64,000 bases of DNA from Bacteroidales bacterium (GCA_965230045.1 OZ245940.1:1847590-1911589), one strand, 5' to 3'. Shown: positions 49,915 to 59,460, counted from the first letter of the stretch. Made by a program: numbers and translations. Notes: generated by a model from the sequence alone, not told the origin.

Positions 49915-50454
49915 ATGTATTCAAAACCTGTTTCCATTGCGCTAATTCTGCTGATGTTTTTTCAGCTAAGCAATCCATTACAGCATGATGACCCACCGCT
50001 GTCCGAATCCGATCAGTCACCGGATCGCTTGTTTTATATAGCACGCAGCAAAAATACAAATGTTGTTTGCTATGACGTGCAATATAAAAAGCCCGGACAA
50101 ATTAATCCGTCCGACCCTATAAAAGTGTACTGGATAAACCGTACTGATGATCCCGGAAAGCGTGATGGGCTGAGCTTTGTCCAAAGGAAATTTGCCTATG
50201 GCTATGATTTCGATAAAACTGCCGAAAATACTTTTCAGGTGCATCTTGTTGCTTTCAAAGAACGCTCTCTTACTCTCAAAATGGAAAACAATAAAGCTGT
50301 TTGCCGCATCCCGATTAACAAAAAGCCTGCCATTTTGCACAAAATCTTTATCCAATCCGACCCCTCGAGCTTTACAAAAGTACAATATGCTGAATTAGAG
50401 GGCGTTGATGTCGAAACGGGAAAATCAGTACGCGAACGGGTATATCCGGATTAA
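49915..50454 (+). CDS. DUF4833 domain protein
   Basis: Signal peptide; RLFYIARSKNTNVVCYD, PIKVYWI, LSFVQRKFAYG. Confidence 0.8.
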   Translation: MYSKPVSIALILLMFFQLSNPLQHDDPPLSESDQSPDRLFYIARSKNTNVVCYDVQYKKPGQINPSDPIKVYWINRTDDPGKRDGLSFVQRKFAYGYDFDKTAENTFQVHLVAFKERSLTLKMENNKAVCRIPINKKPAILHKIFIQSDPSSFTKVQYAELEGVDVETGKSVRERVYPD

Positions 50455-50520
50455 CGGGACAAAAAGTATTGTGTACGATGACGGACACTGGTGTTCGCTT
50501 TAACTTTCCGCGCTGAGCAG

Positions 50521-50564
50521 AAATAAGCTTTTCCGAAATTTCACAATCCCGGAAAAGCTTATTT
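50521..50564. terminator. Bidirectional terminator between convergent genes
   Basis: AAATAAGCTTTTCCG / CGGAAAAGCTTATTT 15-bp stem. Confidence 0.75.
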
Positions 50565-50567
50565 TGT

Positions 50568-53141
50568 TTAATATTGGTTTTCAGGATACAGCTCATCCCA
50601 CCACTGGTTTTCACCTTTCAAATAACGGTCGAACCAGGCCAGAATGGTCTTTTGCCACAATATCCTCTTTTTGTAATCTACAATATGGTGGTCCTGTTTG
50701 TCGATTTCAATCAGTTCCACCGGGCGGTTGAGCAGTTTCAGCGCGGCATAAAGCTGTCGGCTTTCACCAGGTGGTACGTTTGTGTCGGAATTACCGTGCA
50801 GCAGCAGTAGGGGCGTGTGGATTTTATCCGCATGATAAAGAGGGCTCTGTTCCACGTACAATTCTTTGTTGTTCCAAGGGAAACTGTTGGCTGTAGCAGT
50901 AGAACTGTAAAGGTAGCCCCAATAGCCTTCGCCCCAGTAAGAAGCAATGGAACTGATCCCGGCATGCGCAATGGCTGCAGCAAATATATCGGTGCGCGTT
51001 TGTAATAGCATCGTCATAAAACCTCCGTAAGATGCTCCCATGCAGCCCACTTTTTCGGCATCAGCAAAGGGATGTGCTGCTAAAAATTCTTTCGCGCCTT
51101 TAATAATTTCATCCGCAACGGTAATGCCCCAATTATTCACATGCATGGCCGAAAATTCCTGTCCAAAACCGGTGGCGCCGCTGGGCTGAAGCACATATAC
51201 CAGATAATCCATGGCAGCGAAAAGGTTTTTGGGATAGCGCCCGCCAAAACTGCGGTTCACAGGGCTGGTTCCTCCATAATAATACACAATGACCGGATAT
51301 TTTTTTGCGGCATCGAAATTGGGCGGATAATAAACCCGGCCTTTGATTTCCACGCCTTTTTTGTTTTTGAAGTTCCAGTCTTCTGTTTTCCCGAATTTTA
51401 CAAACTGATATTCTTCTTCCCAGGGTGCTGAGATCCTTTGGAAATTATCGGTATCAAGCTGCCCCATAAATGCAGAAGGCGGTGTGCTGATGCTGTTGGC
51501 TATACAGGCCAGTTGCCCTTTGTTGGAAACGCTTATTCTTGTAACTACGTCGGCATCAATATTCTGACGTGTATATTCCTTGCTGTTGATGTCGTATGTG
51601 TAAACCCTGTCGTAGCTCTCTTCTTCAACAAGGAAAACAATACCGAATTCTTTCCAGTAAGCACGCTGGATGTTGGGTTTAAAATCCTTGCTGATGGCAG
51701 TAGCTTCTCCGCTGCCTAAATCATAGATGTAAGCCTGTGTGTCATAATCGTTTGGGATTTGCTTTTTGCTTACGTTTTTGCCCAAATCGCCAAACAGTAC
51801 CGGGCTGCCGGTAACAAGCAGTTTTGTACCATCCGGATTGTATTGCACGCTGCCGCTGTAGTTTTTTGTCCAGATTTCTTTCAGTTCGCCTGTGCTAAGT
51901 GTCATTTCGTACAGCTTTTGCACCGAGTAAGGCCGTTGAGTGAAATCCGGGCTGCTCGTACTGAAAAGGATTTTTGTGCCATCGGGAGAAATATCCTGTA
52001 GGCCGGCTGACAAATTGCCATGTGTCAGGCGTTGCTGCATACCGTTTTCGATAAACAAAATGTTGAGCTGATAACGGTTGCGCCACCAGGGCCAGTGGTC
52101 GGGCATGCCTTCGAGCTTTTTAAGGCCGCTCTTGTTTTCATCTGCTTTGTCCCGACTGGAAAAAATAACGAAATCGCCATTGGGAGACCAGTTATAGCCG
52201 TATATTTCATCGGAACCGGTCGCCAGTTTTTTATAGCTCTGCCATTCGGGATCAAATGCCATCAAATGATGCTCCTCACCTGATTTCTGAACAAAACTGA
52301 AAGTATTGCTTTTTGGGATCCAGTTTGTTGATGAAGGCGTATCGGTAATGAAGGCTTCCACCAATTCGTTCGTGGCGGTTTTGCGTATTTCAGACCATGA
52401 TTTGCTTTTGCCTTCCGGTGGGTACGTCTCGCTATAGCTTACGTAATAATAATCCCCTTTGGGCGAAATATTGATATTGCGTACGTTTTTGCCGTTCATC
52501 AGGTGCTCAATATCCATAAAGGATTCAGGATTCAGGCTGATTTCCAGTTGGGCATCTGATTCAGCTGAAGCACGCAGTTTGCCTTCTTTTCGGCCTTCGG
52601 GCAAAAGTACTTTTATCAGCAGCAGGTGCTTTCCCTGCATCAGTTTCAACTCTTTGCTTTTGCTTCCGGCATCTAACGTATCGGCTTCGCAACTGTTTTT
52701 GCTGAATATTTTTTTGCCATCCACATAAGCTTCCAGCATAAAATGGCTTTCTGCTTCAATGGTGGTTTTCGTAAATTCCGGACAATAAAAATAGCTTGCC
52801 AGATATTGGATATGCCATTTATCGCTGTCGTGGCCAAGTAAAATTCCGCTTGAATCCGCAGTAGAAAGTTTTTTCCAGGATAATCCACTGCTTTTGCCCA
52901 TTTGCATGCTTTTACTGATGAAGGGCCTGATGTCGCTGATTTCAATGAAATCATTGCTCAGGAGGTCTTTATCTTCAAAGGTTTTTTCCTTGATATTTTT
53001 TATTGTGTCAAAAGCAGGTTTGATGATCCGGAACTGTTCCGAAATCAGCCAGGAGTTAATGTTTTGTGCTTTGATGCTGCCAAATCCCGCAAATAATGCC
53101 AGAATAAGCAGCGAGATAAGGGTGGTGGAATATTTTTTCAT
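50568..53141 (-). CDS. S9 family peptidase
   Basis: Signal peptide, propeller repeats (SPDG, NPDG), GASYGG nucleophile, HGNSDTNV, QDHHI. Confidence 0.92.
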   Translation of the reverse strand: MKKYSTTLISLLILALFAGFGSIKAQNINSWLISEQFRIIKPAFDTIKNIKEKTFEDKDLLSNDFIEISDIRPFISKSMQMGKSSGLSWKKLSTADSSGILLGHDSDKWHIQYLASYFYCPEFTKTTIEAESHFMLEAYVDGKKIFSKNSCEADTLDAGSKSKELKLMQGKHLLLIKVLLPEGRKEGKLRASAESDAQLEISLNPESFMDIEHLMNGKNVRNINISPKGDYYYVSYSETYPPEGKSKSWSEIRKTATNELVEAFITDTPSSTNWIPKSNTFSFVQKSGEEHHLMAFDPEWQSYKKLATGSDEIYGYNWSPNGDFVIFSSRDKADENKSGLKKLEGMPDHWPWWRNRYQLNILFIENGMQQRLTHGNLSAGLQDISPDGTKILFSTSSPDFTQRPYSVQKLYEMTLSTGELKEIWTKNYSGSVQYNPDGTKLLVTGSPVLFGDLGKNVSKKQIPNDYDTQAYIYDLGSGEATAISKDFKPNIQRAYWKEFGIVFLVEEESYDRVYTYDINSKEYTRQNIDADVVTRISVSNKGQLACIANSISTPPSAFMGQLDTDNFQRISAPWEEEYQFVKFGKTEDWNFKNKKGVEIKGRVYYPPNFDAAKKYPVIVYYYGGTSPVNRSFGGRYPKNLFAAMDYLVYVLQPSGATGFGQEFSAMHVNNWGITVADEIIKGAKEFLAAHPFADAEKVGCMGASYGGFMTMLLQTRTDIFAAAIAHAGISSIASYWGEGYWGYLYSSTATANSFPWNNKELYVEQSPLYHADKIHTPLLLLHGNSDTNVPPGESRQLYAALKLLNRPVELIEIDKQDHHIVDYKKRILWQKTILAWFDRYLKGENQWWDELYPENQY

Positions 53142-53187
53142 AGTAGATGTTTTATCCGGCTAATATAATCTAAATGCCCTTAATATG

Positions 53188-53227
53188 AAAAAACCGGATA
53201 TACTGCCATAGCTGAATATCCGGTTTT
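53188..53227 (-). terminator. Terminator after inositol-3-phosphate synthase
   Basis: AAAACCGGATAT / ATATCCGGTTTT stem. Confidence 0.7.
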
Positions 53228-53251
53228 GTTTTTATTCAAATATTTTGAGGA

Positions 53252-54568
53252 TTACTCAAAAAGTTTGATTTTTTCATCAAGATGATCAATCGGGTCTTCG
53301 TTCATAATCTGGCGCAGGGTGTTTTTGAGTTTCACCTGCTGGATGAATAGATCGTGCTCGGGCACAACGTCTTCTGAGTGCATCGGGCTCTTAAAGTAGA
53401 AAGAAAGCCATTCCTGGATTCCTTCGAAACCAACGCGTTTTGAAAGGTCCATCAGCAGAACAAGGTCGAGTACAATCGGTGCTGCCAAAATGGAGTCGCG
53501 GCAGAGGAAATCGATTTTCATTTGCATGGGGTAGCCCATCCAGCCAAAGATGTCGATATTGTCCCAGCCTTCTTTATTGTCGCGGCGAGGTGGATAATAA
53601 TTGATACGTACCTTGTGGTAGTAGTCTTTGTAGAGTTCCGGATAAAGCTCGGGTTGCAGGATGCTGTCGATAACGCTCAGTTTGCTTTCTTCCTTGGTTT
53701 TGAAAGAACCCGGATCGTCGAGAACTTCACCGTCACGGTTTCCGAGGATGTTGGTAGAAAACCATCCGTTGAGGCCCAACATGCGCATTTTAATCATAGG
53801 CGCAATGATGGTTTTTACCATGGTTTGTCCGGTTTTGAAATCTTTTCCGGCAATGGGCATGTGGTTTTTCTCAGCCAGTTCCATGATGGCCGGCATGTCG
53901 ATGGTGAGGTTTGGTGCACCATTAATATAAGGAACACTTTCTGAGATTGCTGCGTAAGCATACATCATACTTGGGCTGATGTGCTCATCATTTGAACGCA
54001 GGCCTTCTTCGAAATTGGCCAGGCTGCTGTGTACTTCGGAGGCTTTCAGGAATACTTCGGTACTGCCGCACCAAACCACGATCATATCTTCGCAATTGTT
54101 ATCTGCTTTAAACTGCTTGATGTCATCACGAAGCATTTGTGTCAGCTCCCATTTGCTTGGTGCTTGTTTCACCCACTCGCCATCAAGGCGTTTTACGTAA
54201 TTCTTGTCAAAAACAGCCTTCATGGGGCGTAAAGCCGAAAGCTCATCTTTGATCTGGTCGAGATGTTCGTTGCTGAGAACCTGTGATACTTTGCAAGCTT
54301 CATAGAGGTCTTGATCCATGATGTCCCAGCCACCAAAAACAATATCATTTATGTCGTGCAGTGGCACAAAATCCTTGATTTTTGGAAAGTTTTCATCGGT
54401 ACGTTTGCCGATGCGAATTGTGTTCATTTGTGTCAGTGATCCAACCGGTACAGCATGTCCGTTGCGCACTGAGATGGTTCCTGCAACAAAGGTTGTAGAA
54501 ACGGCACCGTTGAGCCCTACTACGAGCACACCGAGTTTCCCTTTAGGTTTTTCAGGTATCTTTTCCAT
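53252..54568 (-). CDS. ino1: myo-Inositol-3-phosphate synthase (MIPS)
   Basis: VFGGWD, WCGSTE, NGAPN, GKDFKTGQT, NILGNRDG, RDSILAAP, LSFYFKSP. Confidence 0.96.
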   Translation of the reverse strand: MEKIPEKPKGKLGVLVVGLNGAVSTTFVAGTISVRNGHAVPVGSLTQMNTIRIGKRTDENFPKIKDFVPLHDINDIVFGGWDIMDQDLYEACKVSQVLSNEHLDQIKDELSALRPMKAVFDKNYVKRLDGEWVKQAPSKWELTQMLRDDIKQFKADNNCEDMIVVWCGSTEVFLKASEVHSSLANFEEGLRSNDEHISPSMMYAYAAISESVPYINGAPNLTIDMPAIMELAEKNHMPIAGKDFKTGQTMVKTIIAPMIKMRMLGLNGWFSTNILGNRDGEVLDDPGSFKTKEESKLSVIDSILQPELYPELYKDYYHKVRINYYPPRRDNKEGWDNIDIFGWMGYPMQMKIDFLCRDSILAAPIVLDLVLLMDLSKRVGFEGIQEWLSFYFKSPMHSEDVVPEHDLFIQQVKLKNTLRQIMNEDPIDHLDEKIKLFE

Positions 54569-54585
54569 CTGTTTAAAATTAAGGT

Positions 54586-56277
54586 TTACAATATGTTGAG
54601 TAATTTTGTTATGTCGTCTGTAATAATATCGGCTGTTTCATTGCCCGACCAGGCTTTCCAGGAACGCCCTTTGAGCCAGATTGTTTTGCAACCGGCCTTT
54701 CGGGAGGCTTCAATGTCGCGGGTGTAGGAATCGCCTACCACAGCTGTTTCTTCTGCTTTGATGTCCATTTCGTTCAGCGCCATACGGAATATTTCCGGAT
54801 CGGGCTTGCTGACGCCAGCCAGTGTGCTGTCCACGATCACATCAAAATAGGGAGTGAGCCCGAATTTTTGCAAAACCGTGGGCATATTGCCATGGAAATT
54901 GGAAACCAGCCCCAAACGGTAATTTCTCGATTTAAGCTGCGTTAGGATTTTCCGGCTGTTTTCAATGTTTTCTTCTACTTTTTGATAGCAGAGGTCGGTA
55001 ATTTTTTGCTGCATCGCACTGATGCTGCCGGCAGTAATTTTTTGGTATTTGGCCAGGCTTTCAAGCTGTAGCCTGATTTGCATGCTGATGGTATCGCGGA
55101 AATCAAAATCAGTTTTTACATGGCCTTGTACCAGCTCCTTATTGGCCTGTACATAAGCTTTTTCGTATTCCTGTTTTTCTACATTGGCTCCGCTGGCCAT
55201 ATAGGCGTCCCAGAACATTTCACTCCAATGTATGCCGTTGGTGTCCAGCGTCCCGCCAAAATCAAATAGTATGTTTTTTACCTTTAGTTTGTTCATTTCC
55301 TGTGTTTTGTTTATGTGAAATCGCGACAAAATAAGCCCGACCAGAATCCAGAAAAATTCCCGTATGCGTGTAACCAGGCTTACGAATATTCCGGTTGAGG
55401 CGGTGAGGCCAAGGCTTTGAAAAACCAGATAAAGCCCGCTTTCGCGCGTCCCCAGTTGAAGGGGGATAAAGAAAAATATATTGGCAATCAGGCTACTGCC
55501 CGCACTGATGTAAATTGCCTCAAGGAAACTGACATCAATGGAAATCGCTTTCATGATGAAGTAAAATTCTGCAGAGCTGACGATGCGCGCCAGGTATTCC
55601 CAAAAAAGGGCACGGTAAAATGCGCCCCGTCTTTTGTTGTAAAGCTCGATTATGAGTTCATCGGTATGGCGCAGTTGTGCATCATTGTGTTCCCTGAGCC
55701 TTGCGATCATCTTTTTAAGGCCGGGAATACTGCCCAGGATTTTCAAAAATAAAAAGATAACACCTTTGCGATGACCGGCATAAAAAAGGATAATCAGGCC
55801 GAGGATAATCAAAAAGCTGATGGCCAGTATAATGTATGTTGTTGTATCAAAGGTGCTTACAAAAACAATCATCAATACAGCTGTGAGCCAGAAAAAGAAA
55901 TGCGACAGCATATGCAGCATATTGTAGAGCACAATGCTGGATGTAGATTTTTCAATGCCGTAACGGTCTTTGATCAGCATCACTTTGTAAGGTTCGCCGC
56001 CCAGCCCTACAACAGGTGTAATATAATTGAGGGCAAAACCGGTGATGCTGTAAGAAAACAATTTCATAAAACTGATTTTTCCTTGTGCCAGGATAATCTG
56101 CCAGGCGCGGGTGTTCATCAGGTAAACAGGAATCCATGTGGCAATTACAGGTATAAACCACCAGCCGGTTTTTTGGATATTTTCGAGGATGTTTTCCCAG
56201 CCAAAATTCCAGGCCATGAGCGCTAAAATCCCAAGTCCAACAATGAATAATATGCCGTTGATCAGTTTTTTGCTCAT
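54586..56277 (-). CDS. Fusion of LPG-synthase TM (flippase-like) domain and HAD phosphatase
   Basis: N-half NYITP..LGGEP, PLQLGTRE, TRIRE; C-half FDFGGTLD, VSNFHGN, KPDPEIF, VGDSYTRD. Confidence 0.85.
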   Translation of the reverse strand: MSKKLINGILFIVGLGILALMAWNFGWENILENIQKTGWWFIPVIATWIPVYLMNTRAWQIILAQGKISFMKLFSYSITGFALNYITPVVGLGGEPYKVMLIKDRYGIEKSTSSIVLYNMLHMLSHFFFWLTAVLMIVFVSTFDTTTYIILAISFLIILGLIILFYAGHRKGVIFLFLKILGSIPGLKKMIARLREHNDAQLRHTDELIIELYNKRRGAFYRALFWEYLARIVSSAEFYFIMKAISIDVSFLEAIYISAGSSLIANIFFFIPLQLGTRESGLYLVFQSLGLTASTGIFVSLVTRIREFFWILVGLILSRFHINKTQEMNKLKVKNILFDFGGTLDTNGIHWSEMFWDAYMASGANVEKQEYEKAYVQANKELVQGHVKTDFDFRDTISMQIRLQLESLAKYQKITAGSISAMQQKITDLCYQKVEENIENSRKILTQLKSRNYRLGLVSNFHGNMPTVLQKFGLTPYFDVIVDSTLAGVSKPDPEIFRMALNEMDIKAEETAVVGDSYTRDIEASRKAGCKTIWLKGRSWKAWSGNETADIITDDITKLLNIL

Positions 56278-57167
56278 TATGAATGAAATTCCCTGAGGAG
56301 TTTTTTGCTTGTTTTTTCTGTTTTGATGATGAGGTACACCAAAAGGGTATTTAAAACAGTGAGTTCAAAAATCCAGTAAAGCCAGATGAAATTGGTCAAA
56401 AGCGCAACAAAAAGTGCAATGGCGCGGGCATTGAACGAAAGGGCGTTGGTAATCCACAGCAGTGGGCTGATTTTTTTCAGGTATGTGTCCCTTACTGTAG
56501 CCGGGATATTTCCGTTTTCCCTGATTTTTGCCAAAAGTTTTTGGAAAGAAGGGGAGGCAACTTCCTGCTCTCGGGTATAATTGGTGTACATATTCATGTA
56601 CAATTTTTCAAAGAGGTTTTTTTTCCAGCTGAGTTTTGCTTCCTGCTGTTTAAGTTTGGCTGCATTTTCGAGCTCACTACCCGATTCTCCATTCAGGAAA
56701 AACAAATAGGCATTGCGGTGATAATCGGCCATTTTTGCCTGAAAAGCATGCATATAACCGGTGATGGCGGCAAAAATCCAGATCCAATACGCAACGCCTT
56801 CATGACTGAGGCGTAAAACCAATCCCAGGTAAATAGCAAGAAACCAAAAGTTTCCGGCCAGGCCATCGAGGAAGCGGCCTAATCGCGAGCGCTGGTCGGT
56901 AATCCGCGCAAGCTGGCCATCGGCACTGTCGAGGCTGTTGGCAAACATGAGGCTGAGGATGCCCAGGATATTGATTGTTAAATCATTGAAATAGAATAAA
57001 ATTCCTGCTAAAATTCCCCAGAAAAAACTGAATACGGTTACCTGATTGGGCGTGATGCGCAGAAATTTTGCAAACAAGGCCAATTGATAACCAATGGGTC
57101 GGTAAAACCAGATATCGATCCATTCTTCGGTTGCTTTGGATTTATATGTTTGGGAAACTTTGCTCAT
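56277..57167 (-). CDS. CDP-alcohol phosphatidyltransferase
   Basis: TPNQVT and DSADGQLAR...SRLGRFLDG signature. Confidence 0.92.
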   Translation of the reverse strand: MSKVSQTYKSKATEEWIDIWFYRPIGYQLALFAKFLRITPNQVTVFSFFWGILAGILFYFNDLTINILGILSLMFANSLDSADGQLARITDQRSRLGRFLDGLAGNFWFLAIYLGLVLRLSHEGVAYWIWIFAAITGYMHAFQAKMADYHRNAYLFFLNGESGSELENAAKLKQQEAKLSWKKNLFEKLYMNMYTNYTREQEVASPSFQKLLAKIRENGNIPATVRDTYLKKISPLLWITNALSFNARAIALFVALLTNFIWLYWIFELTVLNTLLVYLIIKTEKTSKKLLREFHS

Positions 57168-57180
57168 GTTTTTGGTTTTC

Positions 57181-58011
57181 TTAGTTTTTTTCCATGAATT
57201 TCCGGGCTTTTTCATCGATCAGTTTCGCGATATGCACGCAGGCTTCGTTTCTGATTGGTGCGTAGCTGGGCCAGTCGTTCAAGTCGATAATATGTATGCC
57301 TCCGTTTTTGTCGATAATGGCATCACCACCAAAAATGTCCACGTTAACTGCATTGGCTGCATCGGCTGCGATTTTTTTAAGTTGTTCGTCATCAAATTGG
57401 TGCTGGCCGTTTTTTTCAAGATAATACCAATGAAAAAATTCGCTGCCGCGTACACTATAAAATTTAACCACATCTCCATCTATATGTTCTTGTACCACAG
57501 CTTTTTCAATGCCACGACGATGGTATTCGCGCAGAATATTGTCGCGTTCGGCATGTGAATAAACAAGTGTAACATCTTCGCGGTGAATAGCATGCACATC
57601 GCCACGTTTTACCCAAATTTTTTCGCCCAGGCTGTCGGCTTCTTTTGCTTTAAATTTTCCGGGATCGGTTTCTACAACATAAGTTGTTGGCGCAGGGACA
57701 TGATGCTTGGGCAGTAAAACAGCCAGATTAATGCGGTAACAATTGTAGATGGCGTCCACGGAATTAATGATCAGGGCACCATTATTGGCATACTGACGCA
57801 GAGTTTCCAAAGCATTGTATCCGCGTATCATATTAAAAAACAAGGTATTACCGCTTTTGTCTTCGGCGAGGTTGTCTTCTTGGAAAACCCGGACTTTATG
57901 CCCCATCTTTTCCAGTTCCTCTATGGTTTTATATAAAATCAGTGTGTCGTTTTCGATATGGTTGGGCGAGTACTGATGGCCTCGTTGAATCGCGCTGAAA
58001 GAATAACCCAT
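57181..58011 (-). CDS. ATP-grasp fold protein (possibly ITPK1-like kinase)
   Basis: IINS, VPAPTT, IWVKRGD, VVQEHIDGDVVKFY, FGGDAII, IIDLNDWPSY. Confidence 0.75.
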   Translation of the reverse strand: MGYSFSAIQRGHQYSPNHIENDTLILYKTIEELEKMGHKVRVFQEDNLAEDKSGNTLFFNMIRGYNALETLRQYANNGALIINSVDAIYNCYRINLAVLLPKHHVPAPTTYVVETDPGKFKAKEADSLGEKIWVKRGDVHAIHREDVTLVYSHAERDNILREYHRRGIEKAVVQEHIDGDVVKFYSVRGSEFFHWYYLEKNGQHQFDDEQLKKIAADAANAVNVDIFGGDAIIDKNGGIHIIDLNDWPSYAPIRNEACVHIAKLIDEKARKFMEKN

Positions 58012-58035
58012 TATTAGTCGCTTTTAAGAATAAAT

Positions 58036-58674
58036 TTAGTCTGTCTGTAAGTCGCTGAAGCTTTCCGTTCTATGTTCTTCTATTATTTCCATGCCTTTTT
58101 CAGTGGAAATACCCCGGATGAAGTTTATCGTAACATTATCAAGTAGCTCCTGAATGCTGTGCCTTTTGTTGAAATAAAAATCTTCACGCAAAATGAAACT
58201 CAGTGTTTCTACAATTATTTTGGCCGTAATGGTTATATTGATGTTTTTGCGGAAAATCCCTTCATTAATGCCTTTCCGCAATAGTTTGTATATTTCATTA
58301 TAACGTGTTTCATTTATCCGGTTCATTTCTGATTCCCAGATGTTTGGATAATACTTTTGTGTGTCAAGATAGTAATTAGGGTTGATGTCCTGAAGGATGC
58401 GGGTTTGCATTTCTGCTACATTAAATATTGCCATGATAACATTGGCCGATTTTTGAATGATTTGCAGCGAGCCGGACTTTATTTCATTTTCGTGGCCAAC
58501 AACGCAATCCTGTATGAGCTCTACCTTATCGCGGTATTTTTCGTAAATCGTACGTTTCGAAACCCCTGCTTCTCGTGCAACTCTGTCCATCGTAACGGTT
58601 TTTATTCCGTATTTTCGGAAGAGCTCACCCGCTGTACGGGCTATTTTTTCTTTGACGTTCATTATTTTAGGCAT
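58036..58674 (-). CDS. TetR/AcrR family transcriptional regulator
   Basis: LFRKYGIKTVTMDRVAREAGVSKRTIYEKY HTH. Confidence 0.92.
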   Translation of the reverse strand: MPKIMNVKEKIARTAGELFRKYGIKTVTMDRVAREAGVSKRTIYEKYRDKVELIQDCVVGHENEIKSGSLQIIQKSANVIMAIFNVAEMQTRILQDINPNYYLDTQKYYPNIWESEMNRINETRYNEIYKLLRKGINEGIFRKNINITITAKIIVETLSFILREDFYFNKRHSIQELLDNVTINFIRGISTEKGMEIIEEHRTESFSDLQTD

Positions 58675-58684
58675 TAATGAGCGG

Positions 58685-58719
58685 CAAAGATAAAAACTTT
58701 TTCGGTTTTCAAAGTTTTT
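58685..58719 (-). promoter_or_regulatory. -7 promoter (TATCTTTG) with adjacent inverted repeat, candidate TetR operator
   Basis: CAAAGATA at 58685-58692; AAAAACTTT-N10-AAAGTTTTT at 58692-58719. Confidence 0.5.
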
Positions 58720-59417
58720 TATTCGTCTTTAAGGAAGGACTTTGCTTTTTCTATATCGCTAATGTGGTCAACATCAATAATTTTATCAATAAAGTGTGCT
58801 TTGATTTTTAGTTCCTGCTCAACCAAAAACTGCTGGAAATTCCGCATACGGCTGATGCTTCTTTGCATTGCGGTTTCTGCCAACCTAAATACTTCAGGAT
58901 AAAAGCAATAGATGCCTCCACTGATGCAATTATAATCCGCTTGTGTACCTTGAAAACTCCGAATCATCTGCTGCTTATCAGTTTTTATGAAAAGTGGTTT
59001 TTCATCATCAACATATCCGGTAACAGCCATGCAGGCATCAAGTCCCGGCTGATGAGCAGCCTTGATATAGTTTTTATAGTCATTTTCCGGTATGATGGGG
59101 TCGACGGTACTGATAAGTATTGGCTGGTTTTGCTCGCAAGCTTTACTCAACTCATAAAAACTATGAAAAGAACTGGGCGTACTTTTGATGATAAAATGGA
59201 AATCTTTATCGGGAAAAGTTTTCAGTACATAATCGCGTACTTCTGTTGATTGCTCGTTGATAATGATATAAATTTTATCCATACCGGCTTCGATGCCCAG
59301 GCGTAATTGCCTGCTGATCAGACTTTCTTCATTAATTTTAACTAGTGGTTTGGGTAGGCTGATCCCTTCCTGGCGTAATCTGCTGCCTTCTCCTGCTGCG
59401 ATGATTCCAAGGTTCAT
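58719..59417 (-). CDS. NTP transferase (IPCT-like nucleotidyltransferase)
   Basis: GIIAAGEGSRL...PKPLVKI, STVD, VDDEKPL, DVDH..DI. Confidence 0.85.
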   Translation of the reverse strand: MNLGIIAAGEGSRLRQEGISLPKPLVKINEESLISRQLRLGIEAGMDKIYIIINEQSTEVRDYVLKTFPDKDFHFIIKSTPSSFHSFYELSKACEQNQPILISTVDPIIPENDYKNYIKAAHQPGLDACMAVTGYVDDEKPLFIKTDKQQMIRSFQGTQADYNCISGGIYCFYPEVFRLAETAMQRSISRMRNFQQFLVEQELKIKAHFIDKIIDVDHISDIEKAKSFLKDE

Positions 59418-59440
59418 TTTTTTTATTTTAATGCTTCGAC

Positions 59441-59458
59441 TTAATTTTGCAAAATTAA
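59441..59458. promoter_or_regulatory. Perfect 18-bp palindrome carrying a TAATTTTG -7 element on both strands
   Basis: TTAATTTTGCAAAATTAA, 24 bp upstream of the NTP transferase start. Confidence 0.55.
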
Positions 59459-59460
59459 AC

